Below, piece after piece: positions 28,639-38,555 of a stretch of DNA of 64,000 nucleotides. The translations under genes and the position numbers were made by a program. Numbering within the stretch: the stretch's first letter is position 1; every line of letters starts with the position of its first letter. This DNA comes from Armatimonadota bacterium (lineage in GTDB: Bacteria > Armatimonadota > SYMT01): assembly GCA_041690135.1 (NCBI GenBank), contig JAWLHY010000003.1, positions 352,001 to 416,000 on the forward strand. The letters are read 5' to 3'. The notes under the pieces were generated by a model. It was not told the DNA's origin. It worked only from the letters and a program-made list of their open reading frames with translations, and searched no databases.

Positions 28639-30999
28639 GTGGCCGTGACCGAGAGGACCCCCGCACCCATCGTTGATCTGGACGACCCCTCGCTCTACAT
28701 CAACCGCGAGCTGAGCTGGCTCGAGTTCAACCATCGGGTCCTGGAAGAGGCATTGGATACGGAGGCGCCTCTCCTCGAGCGGCTCAAGTTCCTCACGATC
28801 GTCAGCTCCAACCTGGACGAGTTCTTCATGGTCCGCGTGGCGGGCCTGCGGCGACAGGTGAAGTCGCAAACGATCCAGCGGGGACCGGACGGCATGACGG
28901 CGGAAGAACAACTCCGCCAGATCGCCGACCGGTCGCATGCAATGGTCAAGGCGCAGTACAAGTGCCTGCGCGACTCCGTCTTGCCGGGCCTGGCAAAACA
29001 TGGCATCCGCCTGAAGCGTGTCGACGAACTTTCGGCGGAACAGGCACGCTGGGTCAAGGAATACTTCCACCGCCAGGTTTTTCCGGTCCTCACGCCCCTC
29101 GCACTCGACCCCAGTCACCCCTTCCCACACCTTAGCAATCGTTCCCTGAACCTGGTGGTCACGCTGGCCAAACCGGGGGCGACCCGCCGAGGCCGCTCGC
29201 GGAAGGCCCCGGATTACCTCGCCGTGGTGCAGGTGCCCTCCGGCATTCCGCGCCTGGTACAGGTACCGGGGGCCGGGTTCCAGTTCGTGCTGCTGGAAGA
29301 CGTGATCCGCTCCGAAATGGGAGAGCTGTTCCAGGGGCTCACCGTTACCGGTTGTTTCTCCTTCCGGATCACCCGTGATAGCGACCTGAACTTCGACGAG
29401 GATGAAGTCGAGGACTTGCTGGAGCGGATCGAGCAGGAGGTCCGGCGGCGGGAATGGGGCAACTCCGTCCGCCTGGAAGTGGGGCGGGACTGTACTCCGG
29501 CTGCCCTGGAAGAGTTGCTGACCTCTCTCCAGATCACGGAGGACGATGTTTACAGCATCGACGGGCCATTGAACCTCACCGATTTCATGGCGCTGCTCCG
29601 CCTGCCGGATTTTGGACATCTGAAGGATGCGCCGTTCGTGGCGCCGATCATCAAGCCGCTCCACGGCCGCAAGGACCTGTTCGCCGTGCTGCGCGAGCAG
29701 GACATCCTGCTCCACCACCCCTACGAATCCTTCGAGACGGTCGTCGATTTCGTCGAGCAGGCGGCGGACGACCCAAACGTCCTGGCGATCAAGCAGACGC
29801 TGTATCGCACCAGCGGCGATTCGCCCATCGTCGCGGCCCTCGCGCGCGCGGCTCAGAACGGGAAGCAGGTGACCGCGCTGGTGGAGCTGAAGGCGCGCTT
29901 TGACGAGGCGAACAACATCAACTGGGCCCGTTCACTGGAGCGGGCGGGCGTTCACGTCGTCTACGGTCTGGTGGGCCTCAAAACGCACTGTAAAGTGTTA
30001 CTGGTGGTGCGCCGCGAGCCGGGGGAGGACCGGCTCAAGCGGTACGTGCACCTCGGCACGGGGAACTACAACCCCAGCACGGCCAAGCTGTATACCGACC
30101 TGGGGCTCCTCACCTCCAACCTGCGTTTCGGGCAGGACGTTTCGCGCCTGTTCAACGTGCTCACCGGCTACTCGGAGTTCCCCCAGTGGCGGAAGCTGGC
30201 GGTGGCGCCCCTGGGCATGCGGGAGCGGCTGCTGGCCCTGATCGAGCGGGAAGCGGCGCTCGCACGGAAGGGCCAGAAGGCCCGGATCTCCGGACAAATC
30301 AACAGCCTGGTCGATCCGGAGGTGATCCGGGCTCTCTACCGGGCCTCGCAGGCGGGCGTACAGATCGACCTGGTGGTGCGCGGCGTCTGCTGTCTCCGGG
30401 CCAAGGTGCCGGGGGTCAGCGAGAACATCCGGGTAATCAGCATCGTGGGTCGTTTCCTGGAGCACCCCCGCGTCTTCTACTTCTGGAACGGCGGTGATGA
30501 GGAAGTCTATCTCTCCAGCGGCGACTGGATGCCGCGGAACCTCTCGCGGCGCGTGGAGACGATGTTCCCAGTAGAGGACCCGACTTTGAAGCGCCGCCTG
30601 GTGGACAACATCATGGAGGTGCGCCTGAGGGACAACGTGAAAGCCCGCGAGCTCCAGCCGGATGGGCGTTACACCCGCGTGCGGCCGCGCCGGGGCCAGC
30701 CGCGCATCGACTCCCAGGCCCTCTTCATGGCCCGCGCGCTGGAGGAGCATGCGCCGGAGCCACAGCGCCCGTTCAGCGCCGACCTGCTCCTCCATGATCT
30801 TCCTTCCAAGGATGCCGGCAACGGGCGCGAGCGGTCCCTGGCGTTGACGCAGATGTTCCCCCTGCGCACGGAACCACCGCTCCTTTCCGCGGAGACCAGC
30901 CCGGAGCCGCCCGACCCGTCCAGCCCCGAAGAGGAGCTGAACGGGAAGTATCGTGAGCACCCGGAGGCGGATGAGCTGTCGGATGCGAGTGGCTTATAA
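28639..30999 (+). CDS. ppk1: Polyphosphate kinase 1
   Basis: NRELSWLEFN, NLDEFFMVRVA, HHPYESF, KTHCK, GRFLEH, DWMPRN. Confidence 0.98.
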   Translation: MAVTERTPAPIVDLDDPSLYINRELSWLEFNHRVLEEALDTEAPLLERLKFLTIVSSNLDEFFMVRVAGLRRQVKSQTIQRGPDGMTAEEQLRQIADRSHAMVKAQYKCLRDSVLPGLAKHGIRLKRVDELSAEQARWVKEYFHRQVFPVLTPLALDPSHPFPHLSNRSLNLVVTLAKPGATRRGRSRKAPDYLAVVQVPSGIPRLVQVPGAGFQFVLLEDVIRSEMGELFQGLTVTGCFSFRITRDSDLNFDEDEVEDLLERIEQEVRRREWGNSVRLEVGRDCTPAALEELLTSLQITEDDVYSIDGPLNLTDFMALLRLPDFGHLKDAPFVAPIIKPLHGRKDLFAVLREQDILLHHPYESFETVVDFVEQAADDPNVLAIKQTLYRTSGDSPIVAALARAAQNGKQVTALVELKARFDEANNINWARSLERAGVHVVYGLVGLKTHCKVLLVVRREPGEDRLKRYVHLGTGNYNPSTAKLYTDLGLLTSNLRFGQDVSRLFNVLTGYSEFPQWRKLAVAPLGMRERLLALIEREAALARKGQKARISGQINSLVDPEVIRALYRASQAGVQIDLVVRGVCCLRAKVPGVSENIRVISIVGRFLEHPRVFYFWNGGDEEVYLSSGDWMPRNLSRRVETMFPVEDPTLKRRLVDNIMEVRLRDNVKARELQPDGRYTRVRPRRGQPRIDSQALFMARALEEHAPEPQRPFSADLLLHDLPSKDAGNGRERSLALTQMFPLRTEPPLLSAETSPEPPDPSSPEEELNGKYREHPEADELSDASGL

Positions 31000-31665
31000 C
31001 TTGAAGAACCGCTCGTTCAGTCCGACGTTCTCCTCGTAATCCCGGAAGCGGACGTGTTCAACCCGCCGACTGCCCTCGAAGATCTCTTGCTCCATCAGCA
31101 GGTCGCGGGATGGATCAATGGTCCAGATCTCCCGGATCGCCTCGTCGCGGTCGGCAGGACGGTAGACGAAGTCGATCTGCATCTGTCCCGGCGCTTGCGG
31201 CGCGGGCTGCACCCGGCACTTCTGGGCGGCGGCCAGGCGCTGCTTGAGCTCCCGGCACTGCGCCGTGAAGGTGGATTGCCAGGCGTAGTTTCCACGGGGT
31301 GTGAGGAAGCGCGAATCGGTCTTCGAAAACTCCTTGACCACCAGCTTCTTGAGCAGGCCCCCCGGCCGGGCCCGGATCTTTCCGGAAGGAGTAACGGCGA
31401 ACTCGCTTCCTTCGTGACTCCCCTTCAGTACCTTCAGGCGGAAAAGCTCCGGCTTGCGATACCAGATGCGGTAGGTGCCGTGGGCCGACTTCTTCTCGCC
31501 ACGGACTTCCGATTCCATCACACACTGGTAGTCCTGGACGCCGCGGAAATGCTCTTCCAATCCGGCGACCAGCGTCCCGGCCGTGGGCATTTCGCCGGGC
31601 ACGGCGGCAGTGGTCAGGCCGGCACTAAGCAGTAGGCCGGCGGAGACGAGCGTGGCTGTTCGCAT
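30994..31665 (-). CDS. LolA-like / outer-membrane lipoprotein-sorting family protein
   Basis: Signal peptide, VQDY, KPELFRL, C-terminal NVGLNERFF; its stop overlaps the ppk1 stop (ttataa). Confidence 0.65.
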   Translation of the reverse strand: MRTATLVSAGLLLSAGLTTAAVPGEMPTAGTLVAGLEEHFRGVQDYQCVMESEVRGEKKSAHGTYRIWYRKPELFRLKVLKGSHEGSEFAVTPSGKIRARPGGLLKKLVVKEFSKTDSRFLTPRGNYAWQSTFTAQCRELKQRLAAAQKCRVQPAPQAPGQMQIDFVYRPADRDEAIREIWTIDPSRDLLMEQEIFEGSRRVEHVRFRDYEENVGLNERFFKL

Positions 31666-31749
31666 GGCAGGTTCCTCCGGTGAGGGCGCTTCTGCCCCTC
31701 GCCCTTGGTTCCCAGGAACCCGCCACGGCAAACGGTCCGCCAAGCAATC

Positions 31750-33186
31750 CTAGGTACCGTTCCGTAGCAACTGCTGTTTGAATCTGGCCACCAACGCGGC
31801 GTGCTTGGGGTCCGTGGCCAGGTTTCGCTGTTCTTCGGGATCCTTGTCCATATCGTAGAGTTGCACGCCGCGTTCGCCGTTGCCCCATTCGGTGTAGCGC
31901 CAGCGCTCCGTGCGGAGGCTGCGCCCCATGACCCGGCCGGTGCGGTTCGATCCGCGACCGCCGGGCCGGCTCACCTGGGTGAAGGCCGGTCGGTCCCACT
32001 GGCCGCCAGGGTTCTGCAACAGCGGCTTCAGGCTCTTGCCGTCCAGGCCCGCGGGTGCCGGCAGCCCGCAAAGCTCGGCAAGCGTGGGGTGGAGGTCGAT
32101 CAACTCCACGGTGCGACCGCTGGCGCGACCGTTCCCCTTCGCCTTCGGGGCATAGATAACCATCGGCACTCGCGCCGAGTTCTCCCACAGGCTCATCTTC
32201 TGCCACAAGCCGTGCTCGCCCAGGTGATAACCGTGGTCCGAGTGGAACACCACCACGGTATGGTCCGCCAGCTTGAGGCGTTCCAGCGCGTTCAGCACCC
32301 GGCCGACCTGAGCGTCCATGAAGGTGGTGGAGGCGTAGTAGGCCTGGATCGCCTCTCTCCGCTGCTGGTCCGTCATCCGCGCCTGCTCCGGCTTTGCGCT
32401 GCCCCAGGCCATGTCCGGTCCGGTCTGGCGCTCTCCTTCCAGCACCTGCGGCAGCCGGATCTTGTCCAGCGGGTACATGTCGAAGTACTTTTTCGGCGCG
32501 ACGTACGGCGTGTGCGGGCGATAGAACCCCACCGCCAGGAAGAACGGTTTGTTCCGGTTGGCTTCCAGTAGCTTGATCGCCTCGGTGGCGCCGATGCCGT
32601 CGGTTTGCTCCTCGTCCGTGCCTTCCGCCGCCATCCAGCTCAGGGTGCCGCCGAACTGGCCGGGGACCAGGCTGAAGATGCGGTCTTCCTCCGTTTTGTC
32701 GCGGCCCTTAGGGTTGACGACTTTCTCCCAAGAGGGGGCATCGTCGAGCCCATCCGACCCGATCTGCCCCGGTACCCCATAGTGGTACAGCTTGCCGACA
32801 CGACCCACGAAGTAGCCGGCTTTCCGGAACGTCTGGGGCAGGGTCACCACGTCGGGAACCGCCTCCCGGAAGTGCGTCTGATTCTGGTAGACCTTCGTGT
32901 GGTCCGGCCGCAGCCCCGTCAGGAAGGAGGCCCGGCTGGGGTTGCAAAGGGGGTACTGGCAGTAGGCCCGGTCGAAGCGCACCCCTTTGCGTGCCAGGCG
33001 GTCGATGTGCGGCGACCGGACCATCGGGTCGCCATAGCAGCCCAGGCGGTTGTTCAGGTCGTCGGAGACGAGATAGAGTACGTTCAGGCGACTCTGCGCC
33101 TCCGCCGGCCGCAGGCGGCCCGGGATCCCCGCGGCGATCCCCGCCACGCCCAGCAGCGTTACCCACCCCAGCAGCCCCCGTTTCAT
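31750..33186 (-). CDS. Sulfatase (iduronate-2-sulfatase-like, formylglycine-dependent)
   Basis: NVLYLVSDDL, CNPSRAS, GKLYH, RPHTP, SDHGYHLGEH. Confidence 0.95.
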   Translation of the reverse strand: MKRGLLGWVTLLGVAGIAAGIPGRLRPAEAQSRLNVLYLVSDDLNNRLGCYGDPMVRSPHIDRLARKGVRFDRAYCQYPLCNPSRASFLTGLRPDHTKVYQNQTHFREAVPDVVTLPQTFRKAGYFVGRVGKLYHYGVPGQIGSDGLDDAPSWEKVVNPKGRDKTEEDRIFSLVPGQFGGTLSWMAAEGTDEEQTDGIGATEAIKLLEANRNKPFFLAVGFYRPHTPYVAPKKYFDMYPLDKIRLPQVLEGERQTGPDMAWGSAKPEQARMTDQQRREAIQAYYASTTFMDAQVGRVLNALERLKLADHTVVVFHSDHGYHLGEHGLWQKMSLWENSARVPMVIYAPKAKGNGRASGRTVELIDLHPTLAELCGLPAPAGLDGKSLKPLLQNPGGQWDRPAFTQVSRPGGRGSNRTGRVMGRSLRTERWRYTEWGNGERGVQLYDMDKDPEEQRNLATDPKHAALVARFKQQLLRNGT

Positions 33187-33272
33187 CGCGTTTTCCTCCG
33201 GCCATCGGCCCGTCCCCGTTGCCAGGTACGAGTTGGCCGTTGGCGGAATGCAATCCTTGTCGGACGGGAGGT

Positions 33273-33533
33273 TGAACCACGAAGGCACGAAGGACACGAA
33301 GAGCGGGAGGAAGGGGAAGTTTCGGCGCGATAGGAGTGGTTATGGGTACATCACCTGGACCGGATACCACGCACTGCAGGAGATGTTACGTATACCCCGC
33401 GAAGCCAGGGCTGCTCCATTTCGCAGTCAATGTATCTGACTCTGTTTGGCCAACTTCCGACCATCGCTTATTCCGCCTTCCTGAAGCCTCTGACCTCTCT
33501 TTCCCTTTGTGTCCTTCGTGTCTCCGTGGTTCA
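33273..33533. repeat. Inverted pair of 29-bp periodic repeats enclosing ~200 bp (MITE-like)
   Basis: tgaaccacgaaggcacgaaggacacgaag (33273-33301) matches the reverse complement of 33505-33533 at 26/29 positions. Confidence 0.7.
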
Positions 33534-33544
33534 TACCCCCGGAT

Positions 33545-34441
33545 TCACCCTATCAGGGAGCGGGCGAGGTCGAAGAGCAGCGCGAGGACCGTGGCCAGCA
33601 CGAGCAGGGCGAAGTAGCCGCGGAGTTGCCGGGCGCCCAGGCGGGCAGTGGTGACGGCGCCGAGCTGGGCGCCGATGCTGGAGCCGACGAGGAGCGGCAG
33701 GGCGATGCCGAGATCGACGTTCCCGGCCAGGGCATGCTTCACGGTCCCAAAGGCCGCCGCAAAGATCAGGACCAGGATCCCCGTGCCGGCCGCCTGGCGA
33801 ATGGGGAAGCCCAACCCGTAAATCAGGGCGGGCATCAGCAGAATGCCCCCGCCGATACCGAGCAGCCCCGAGAGGAATCCCAGCGCGAGGCCGAGGTAGG
33901 CGAGGACCGGCACGGACACGCCGGTAAGTCCTACCTGCTTCAGGTTCACGAAGGGGGGAAGGGCGATGCGCGTAAGAGGTGCATTCGGCACTGCACGGCT
34001 CTCGTCCACTTCACCTTCGGCCGGCGTGCCGCGGCGGGCTTCGGAAAGCATCACCCCAGTGATGGCGAGGAGCGCCAGGGCATAGGTCGGCTGCAGGGCC
34101 AGCTTGACGGCGGGCAGGGCCTTTCCGAACAGGGTCCAGTCGCCCAGGGAGGCCAGGTAATCGAGAAGATCGGCGCCCACGTAGACGCCGCAGAGGCTGC
34201 CGCCCAACATCAGCCAGCCGACGCGCGGCTCACCCTGATTGAGATTCGCGTGGCGAAGATAGGCGGAGGTAGCGGTTCCTACCATCTGGCATAGGCCGCT
34301 GCCCACCGCGATAGGGTAAGGTACCCCCAACACCAGGTTCAGGAGCGGCGTGAGCATGAACCCGCCGCCCACCCCGAACATCCCCGAGACGTAGCCTACG
34401 ACGAACCCGAAGAACCCAAGGGTGACCAGGCTAACTCCCAT
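33545..34441 (-). CDS. TauE/SafE family sulfite exporter
   Basis: Duplicated GMFGVGGG / GLLGIGGG motifs, multiple TM helices. Confidence 0.93.
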   Translation of the reverse strand: MGVSLVTLGFFGFVVGYVSGMFGVGGGFMLTPLLNLVLGVPYPIAVGSGLCQMVGTATSAYLRHANLNQGEPRVGWLMLGGSLCGVYVGADLLDYLASLGDWTLFGKALPAVKLALQPTYALALLAITGVMLSEARRGTPAEGEVDESRAVPNAPLTRIALPPFVNLKQVGLTGVSVPVLAYLGLALGFLSGLLGIGGGILLMPALIYGLGFPIRQAAGTGILVLIFAAAFGTVKHALAGNVDLGIALPLLVGSSIGAQLGAVTTARLGARQLRGYFALLVLATVLALLFDLARSLIG

Positions 34442-34456
34442 GCGTCTCGCTGTCCA

Positions 34457-34627
34457 TCAGATGTAGTACTCGATCTCCTCGCGGCGCTTGCGGGGGGCGC
34501 CGGCCGGCTCCTCTTTTCGCTTCCGCCGCTCCAACAGCGGTTCCAGCCGGTCGAACAGCCGCGCAACCACCACCCCCCACACCAGCGGGATCAGTACGCA
34601 TGCTGCTGCGTAGACAATCTTCTCCAT
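34457..34627 (-). CDS. 56-aa small membrane protein (shorter than any ORF in the track)
   Basis: MEKIVYAAACVLIPLVWGVVVARLFDRLEPLLERRKRKEEPAGAPRKRREEIEYYI; TATAGT -10-like box 9 nt upstream; ends 15 nt before tauE. Confidence 0.7.
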   Translation of the reverse strand: MEKIVYAAACVLIPLVWGVVVARLFDRLEPLLERRKRKEEPAGAPRKRREEIEYYI

Positions 34628-34722
34628 GACAAGAGAACTATACCCGCTTGACCGGGGTTCGGGCCTGCGGCGTTCCGGGTAAGAGTGTCACCGGAAAGCG
34701 AGAGCGCGGAAAGGAGTTTGGG

Positions 34723-36162
34723 ATGAAGAAGGGCCTGCTGTTCGGGCTGGGGGCCGTGGCCGGCGCGGCCGCCGCGGGAGCTGCCGTGCTGCAGCAGCGC
34801 CGGAGCGCCGCGGAGTTTGCCGCCCGAGTTTCGCAACTCCAGCGGGTACACGCGGAGCACGGCAAACACATCGTGATTCTGGGAGCCGGGTTCGGCGGGA
34901 TCAACACGGCGCACCAACTGGTCCAGAAGCTGCCGCCGGAGAGTGGATGGCGCATCACGGTGGTCGACCGCCACAACTACTTCCTGTTTACCCCATTGCT
35001 GTACCACGCGGCCACGGGCCTCATCGATCCCAGCGCCGTGCTGTTTCCGGTCCGCTCGCTCACCCGGGCGCGCAACTTCAACTTCCGGGAAGCGACGGTC
35101 CTGGATATCGATATGGACCGGCAGGTCGTGCACCTGGACGACGGTCAGCTTTCTTACGACCACCTGGTGCTTGCGCTCGGCAGCACGACCAACTTCTTTG
35201 GCAAGGAGGCGGATCTGCGGCACGCGATGACGCTCAAGACGGCGGGCGACGCGGTCGCGGTCCGCAACCGGGTGATCGATGCCTTCGAGCGCGCGGACGT
35301 GGCGACGGACCCGGAGGAGCGACGCAAGTGCCTCACCTTCGTGGTGGTCGGCGGCGGCGCGACCGGCGTCGAGCTGGCCGGAGCCATCCGGGGGCTGCTG
35401 AACGGCACGCTCTGCTACCAGTATCCGAACATCCGGCCGGAGGAGAGCCGGCTGCTCTTGCTGGAAGCGATGCCGGAGATTCTCCCCGGTCTCCCGCGGG
35501 AGTTGGCCCAGTACTCCCTGCGGCGCCTGCGAGAGCTGGGCGTCGATGTCCGGTTGGAGACCCCGGTGGAGCGCGTGGATGACGAAGGTCTGCTCACCCG
35601 AAGTGGCGAGTACATTCCCTCGCGCACGGTGGTCTGGGCGGCCGGGGTACAGCCCTCACCCGTGGCGCGACGGCTGAACGTGCCGAAGGTCCGGAACGGG
35701 CGGATCATCGTCGACCCCTGTCTCCGCGTCGAAGGCGCGCCGAACGTCTACGCCCTGGGAGACCTCGCGGCCTTCGAGGATCCCGGCACCGGCAAGCCGC
35801 TCCCGCCGAACGCGGCCGTGGCGGTGCGCCAGGGAAAAGCGCTGGCCAACATCCTCCTCGCCCAACTGGAGGGGCGCGAACCGCAGCCGTTTGTTCCGCA
35901 GCACGTTGGGGAGCTCGTCTCGCTGGGCCGTCACGAAGCGGTCGCGGAGATCAAGGGGGTGCGGTTCACCGGGTTCCCGGCATGGGTGCTCTGGCGGGCG
36001 TTCTACCTCAGCCAGTTGATGGGGTTCAAGAACCAGTTGACCGTGGCCCTGGACTGGAGTTTCGCCTACGTTTACCAGCGAGATACGGTCCGGCTGGAGT
36101 TTCCGTGCCTTCCGGAAGAGGCCGCGGAGCAACAGGATGAGATGCTGACAGGAGTCCGCTAG
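34723..36162 (+). CDS. ndh: Type II NADH dehydrogenase (NDH-2)
   Basis: ILGAGFGG, FTPLLY, VVGGGATGVELAG, WAAGV, ALGD. Confidence 0.9.
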   Translation: MKKGLLFGLGAVAGAAAAGAAVLQQRRSAAEFAARVSQLQRVHAEHGKHIVILGAGFGGINTAHQLVQKLPPESGWRITVVDRHNYFLFTPLLYHAATGLIDPSAVLFPVRSLTRARNFNFREATVLDIDMDRQVVHLDDGQLSYDHLVLALGSTTNFFGKEADLRHAMTLKTAGDAVAVRNRVIDAFERADVATDPEERRKCLTFVVVGGGATGVELAGAIRGLLNGTLCYQYPNIRPEESRLLLLEAMPEILPGLPRELAQYSLRRLRELGVDVRLETPVERVDDEGLLTRSGEYIPSRTVVWAAGVQPSPVARRLNVPKVRNGRIIVDPCLRVEGAPNVYALGDLAAFEDPGTGKPLPPNAAVAVRQGKALANILLAQLEGREPQPFVPQHVGELVSLGRHEAVAEIKGVRFTGFPAWVLWRAFYLSQLMGFKNQLTVALDWSFAYVYQRDTVRLEFPCLPEEAAEQQDEMLTGVR

Positions 36163-36331
36163 TCCTGGAATGGGAGAAGGGGCGAATGGGTGAGGTAAAC
36201 GGCGGGTCGGGCTCCCCCATTCTCCCATTCTGCGTTTCCCCCATTCGGCCCGGTTCGCGGCGGCGGTCCGGACTTCGCTCCTAAAGGCCGCGAGGGCCGG
36301 CTGTCGAAGCGCCTGCTTTCGTGGTAAGATT

Positions 36332-36366
36332 GAGAACTCACGCGGCTTCCCGCGTGAGTTCTCTTT
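36332..36366 (+). terminator. Rho-independent terminator between ndh and greA
   Basis: Perfect 14-bp stem gagaactcacgcgg/ccgcgtgagttctc followed by TTT. Confidence 0.7.
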
Positions 36367-36455
36367 GCTGAGCCACTCAGGAATCCCGCCCAAAGATGGG
36401 GCGTGGATTCAGGCAGCCGCAGCTACCGGAACTGCCGCGGCCGGGAGTCATTCCG

Positions 36456-36947
36456 TTGGACACGCAAGCGAAAGGCAAGTATCTCGTTACCACCACCGGA
36501 TACGAGAAGCTCCACCAGGAGCTCGAAGACCTGGAAAACAAGCGGGCAGAGGTAGCCAGCAACATCCGCACGGCGAAAGGTTTCGGCGACCTCAGCGAAA
36601 ACTTCGAGTATCACGAAGCGAAACGCGAGCAGGGGTTCGTCGAAGGCCGGATCATGCAGCTGAAGGTGATCCTTCCTTCGCTGCAGATGGTGCGCCCGGA
36701 AGAGGTTTCCACCGAGAAGGTGGGGTTCGGCGCAGTGGTCACTGTTGAAGAAGAAACCGGCGACGAGTGGGAGTTCTTCATCGTGGGGCCGCTCGAGGCG
36801 GATCCGCTGGAGGACCGCATCTCCTACGAATCGCCGCTGGGGGCCGCGCTCCTGGGCAGTAAGGTCGGCGATGAGGTGGAAGCCGACGTACCGGCGGGCA
36901 AGCTGCGGTACACGGTTAAGGAGATTCGCGCCTACACGCCGGAGTAA
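36456..36947 (+). CDS. greA: Transcription elongation factor GreA
   Basis: GDLSENFEYHEAK, VGFG, ISYESPLG. TTG start with a GGGAG RBS chosen; ATG 36396 is the alternative. Confidence 0.95.
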   Translation: MDTQAKGKYLVTTTGYEKLHQELEDLENKRAEVASNIRTAKGFGDLSENFEYHEAKREQGFVEGRIMQLKVILPSLQMVRPEEVSTEKVGFGAVVTVEEETGDEWEFFIVGPLEADPLEDRISYESPLGAALLGSKVGDEVEADVPAGKLRYTVKEIRAYTPE

Positions 36948-36968
36948 TTCCAAAGTCGGATAGAGACG

Positions 36969-36984
36969 TGGCACGGTTCTTGCA
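36969..36984 (+). promoter_or_regulatory. Sigma54 (-24/-12) promoter
   Basis: TGGCAC-GGTTC-TTGCA, an exact match to TGGCAC-N5-TTGC. Confidence 0.6.
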
Positions 36985-37020
36985 ATCTCTATCAGTGGCT
37001 CACTGACTGCTGGTATTGCT

Positions 37021-37053
37021 GGCCCCGTTCTGCGTGAACGGGGTCTTCTTTTT
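37021..37053 (+). terminator. Rho-independent terminator
   Basis: ggccccgttc/gaacggggtc stem followed by ttcttttt. Confidence 0.8.
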
Positions 37054-37119
37054 GCCTGCCGCTCATAAGCCCGGTTGCCGGAGCGGGCTCTCGGGTAGAA
37101 TAGGCCGTGTCGGCTTCAA

Positions 37120-38379
37120 ATGGAGAGTTGTGTGGCCAGTCCATCCGCGCCGAGCATAGCGGCCCCCCCGCCGGAGCTCCTGGAGGCTCCCTATCAGATC
37201 CGCGCCGCCGGCCCGGAAGACCGTGCTGCCGCCTGGAAGCTGCAGCAATCAGCGTTCTCGCTGCCGGATGAAGGGCCTGGAGAGCATCCGGGCCTGTGGG
37301 ATGAGCTGCGGGTGGTGGCCCACCGGGGGAAGGTCGTCTCCTGCCTCACCCTGATCCACACCGAGATCCGCATCAGCGGCACTCCCCTGGCGATGGGCGG
37401 CATCCGGCACGTGGCCACGGATCCGAACGAGCAGAACCGGGGCTATGCCAGCGCCCTGATGCGGGATACCCTGCGCTACATGCGCCAGCAGGGCGTGGCC
37501 ACTTCCATCCTGTTCCCCTTCTCCTTCCGGTACTATCGAAAGTTCGGTTATGAGCTCGGCGGCAATCACTGCCATTACTGGTGCCGCCCGAACTGTATCC
37601 CCGCCTTCTCGGACCACCGGGCCTGCCGCCCGGCCCAGCCCGAGGACATTCCGGACCTCGCCCAACTGTACGATCGCCGGATGGAAACGGCCGGCTGTTC
37701 CCTCACCCGGACCGAGGCGCGCTGGCAACATCTGCTGGCGGACCCCTCCCTGCAGGTCATGGTCGCCGGATCGCCGGTGGAGGGCTACCTGCTCGCCCAG
37801 GACACGCGTGATACCTACGGCGGGAGGCTGCTGAAGGTGGTGGACCTGCTGGCTTCCGGTCCCGGAGCGTGGCGCTCGCTCCTCGGGTGGCTGGCTCGCT
37901 ACCCGGCCGAGTCGATCGAGTGGTTCGCCAGTTGTACGGACCTGGCGGAAAGTCGCTTGCTGCGCTCCGCCGCCCCGCTCCGGGAAGGGTTCAAGCCGCG
38001 CGGGATCGCCACCGTCCGCCCCATGTTCCAGTTCCGGGTGGTAGACGTCCCCGTCGTGCTCCGCAGCCGTCTGGAGCAGATGCCGGAGGGCAACTACCGC
38101 CTGGGGCTGAAGGTGCGGGACGAGCTCCTTCCGGAAAACTCCGAGCCGGTCACGATTCAGTCCAGCGGCGACCAGCGCACCCTCCGCCCGCTCCGTCCTT
38201 CCGATCCTTACCTCGAACTGGATATCCAGACCTTCTCCCAGTTCTTCTGCGGCTTCCTCAGCCCCACCGAGGCCCTCAGTCAGGGGATGGGCCGCTGCTC
38301 CTCCCCGGCCGCCGCCGACCTCGCCGACCGTCTCTTCGCCACCGGCGAACCGTTCATCTGCGAGATGGATCGGTTTTGA
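37120..38379 (+). CDS. Eis-like GNAT acetyltransferase
   Basis: VATDPNEQNRGYA acetyl-CoA motif, LFPF..YYRKFGY, SCP2-like C-terminus. Confidence 0.9.
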   Translation: MESCVASPSAPSIAAPPPELLEAPYQIRAAGPEDRAAAWKLQQSAFSLPDEGPGEHPGLWDELRVVAHRGKVVSCLTLIHTEIRISGTPLAMGGIRHVATDPNEQNRGYASALMRDTLRYMRQQGVATSILFPFSFRYYRKFGYELGGNHCHYWCRPNCIPAFSDHRACRPAQPEDIPDLAQLYDRRMETAGCSLTRTEARWQHLLADPSLQVMVAGSPVEGYLLAQDTRDTYGGRLLKVVDLLASGPGAWRSLLGWLARYPAESIEWFASCTDLAESRLLRSAAPLREGFKPRGIATVRPMFQFRVVDVPVVLRSRLEQMPEGNYRLGLKVRDELLPENSEPVTIQSSGDQRTLRPLRPSDPYLELDIQTFSQFFCGFLSPTEALSQGMGRCSSPAAADLADRLFATGEPFICEMDRF

Positions 38380-38391
38380 AGGGGTTGGAGA

Positions 38392-38555
38392 CGTAATGCG
38401 TAATACGTAATGCGTAAAGCCTTCGTGCGCGGCAACTGCGGTGGCAGGGTTTCGGCCTCGGACGGTGGTGTGATGCGTGATGCGTAATTCGAACCGTCAG
38501 GGGCAGGAGGGAGTACCGATGTCCGCGGGGCGAAATGTTCGGGTGTTCGGGTGTT
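38392..38555. repeat. Short tandem 7-8-mer repeats
   Basis: (CGTAATR)x3+ at 38392-38417, (TGATGCG)x2 at 38471-38487, (TGTTCGGG)x2+ at 38536-38555. Confidence 0.7.
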
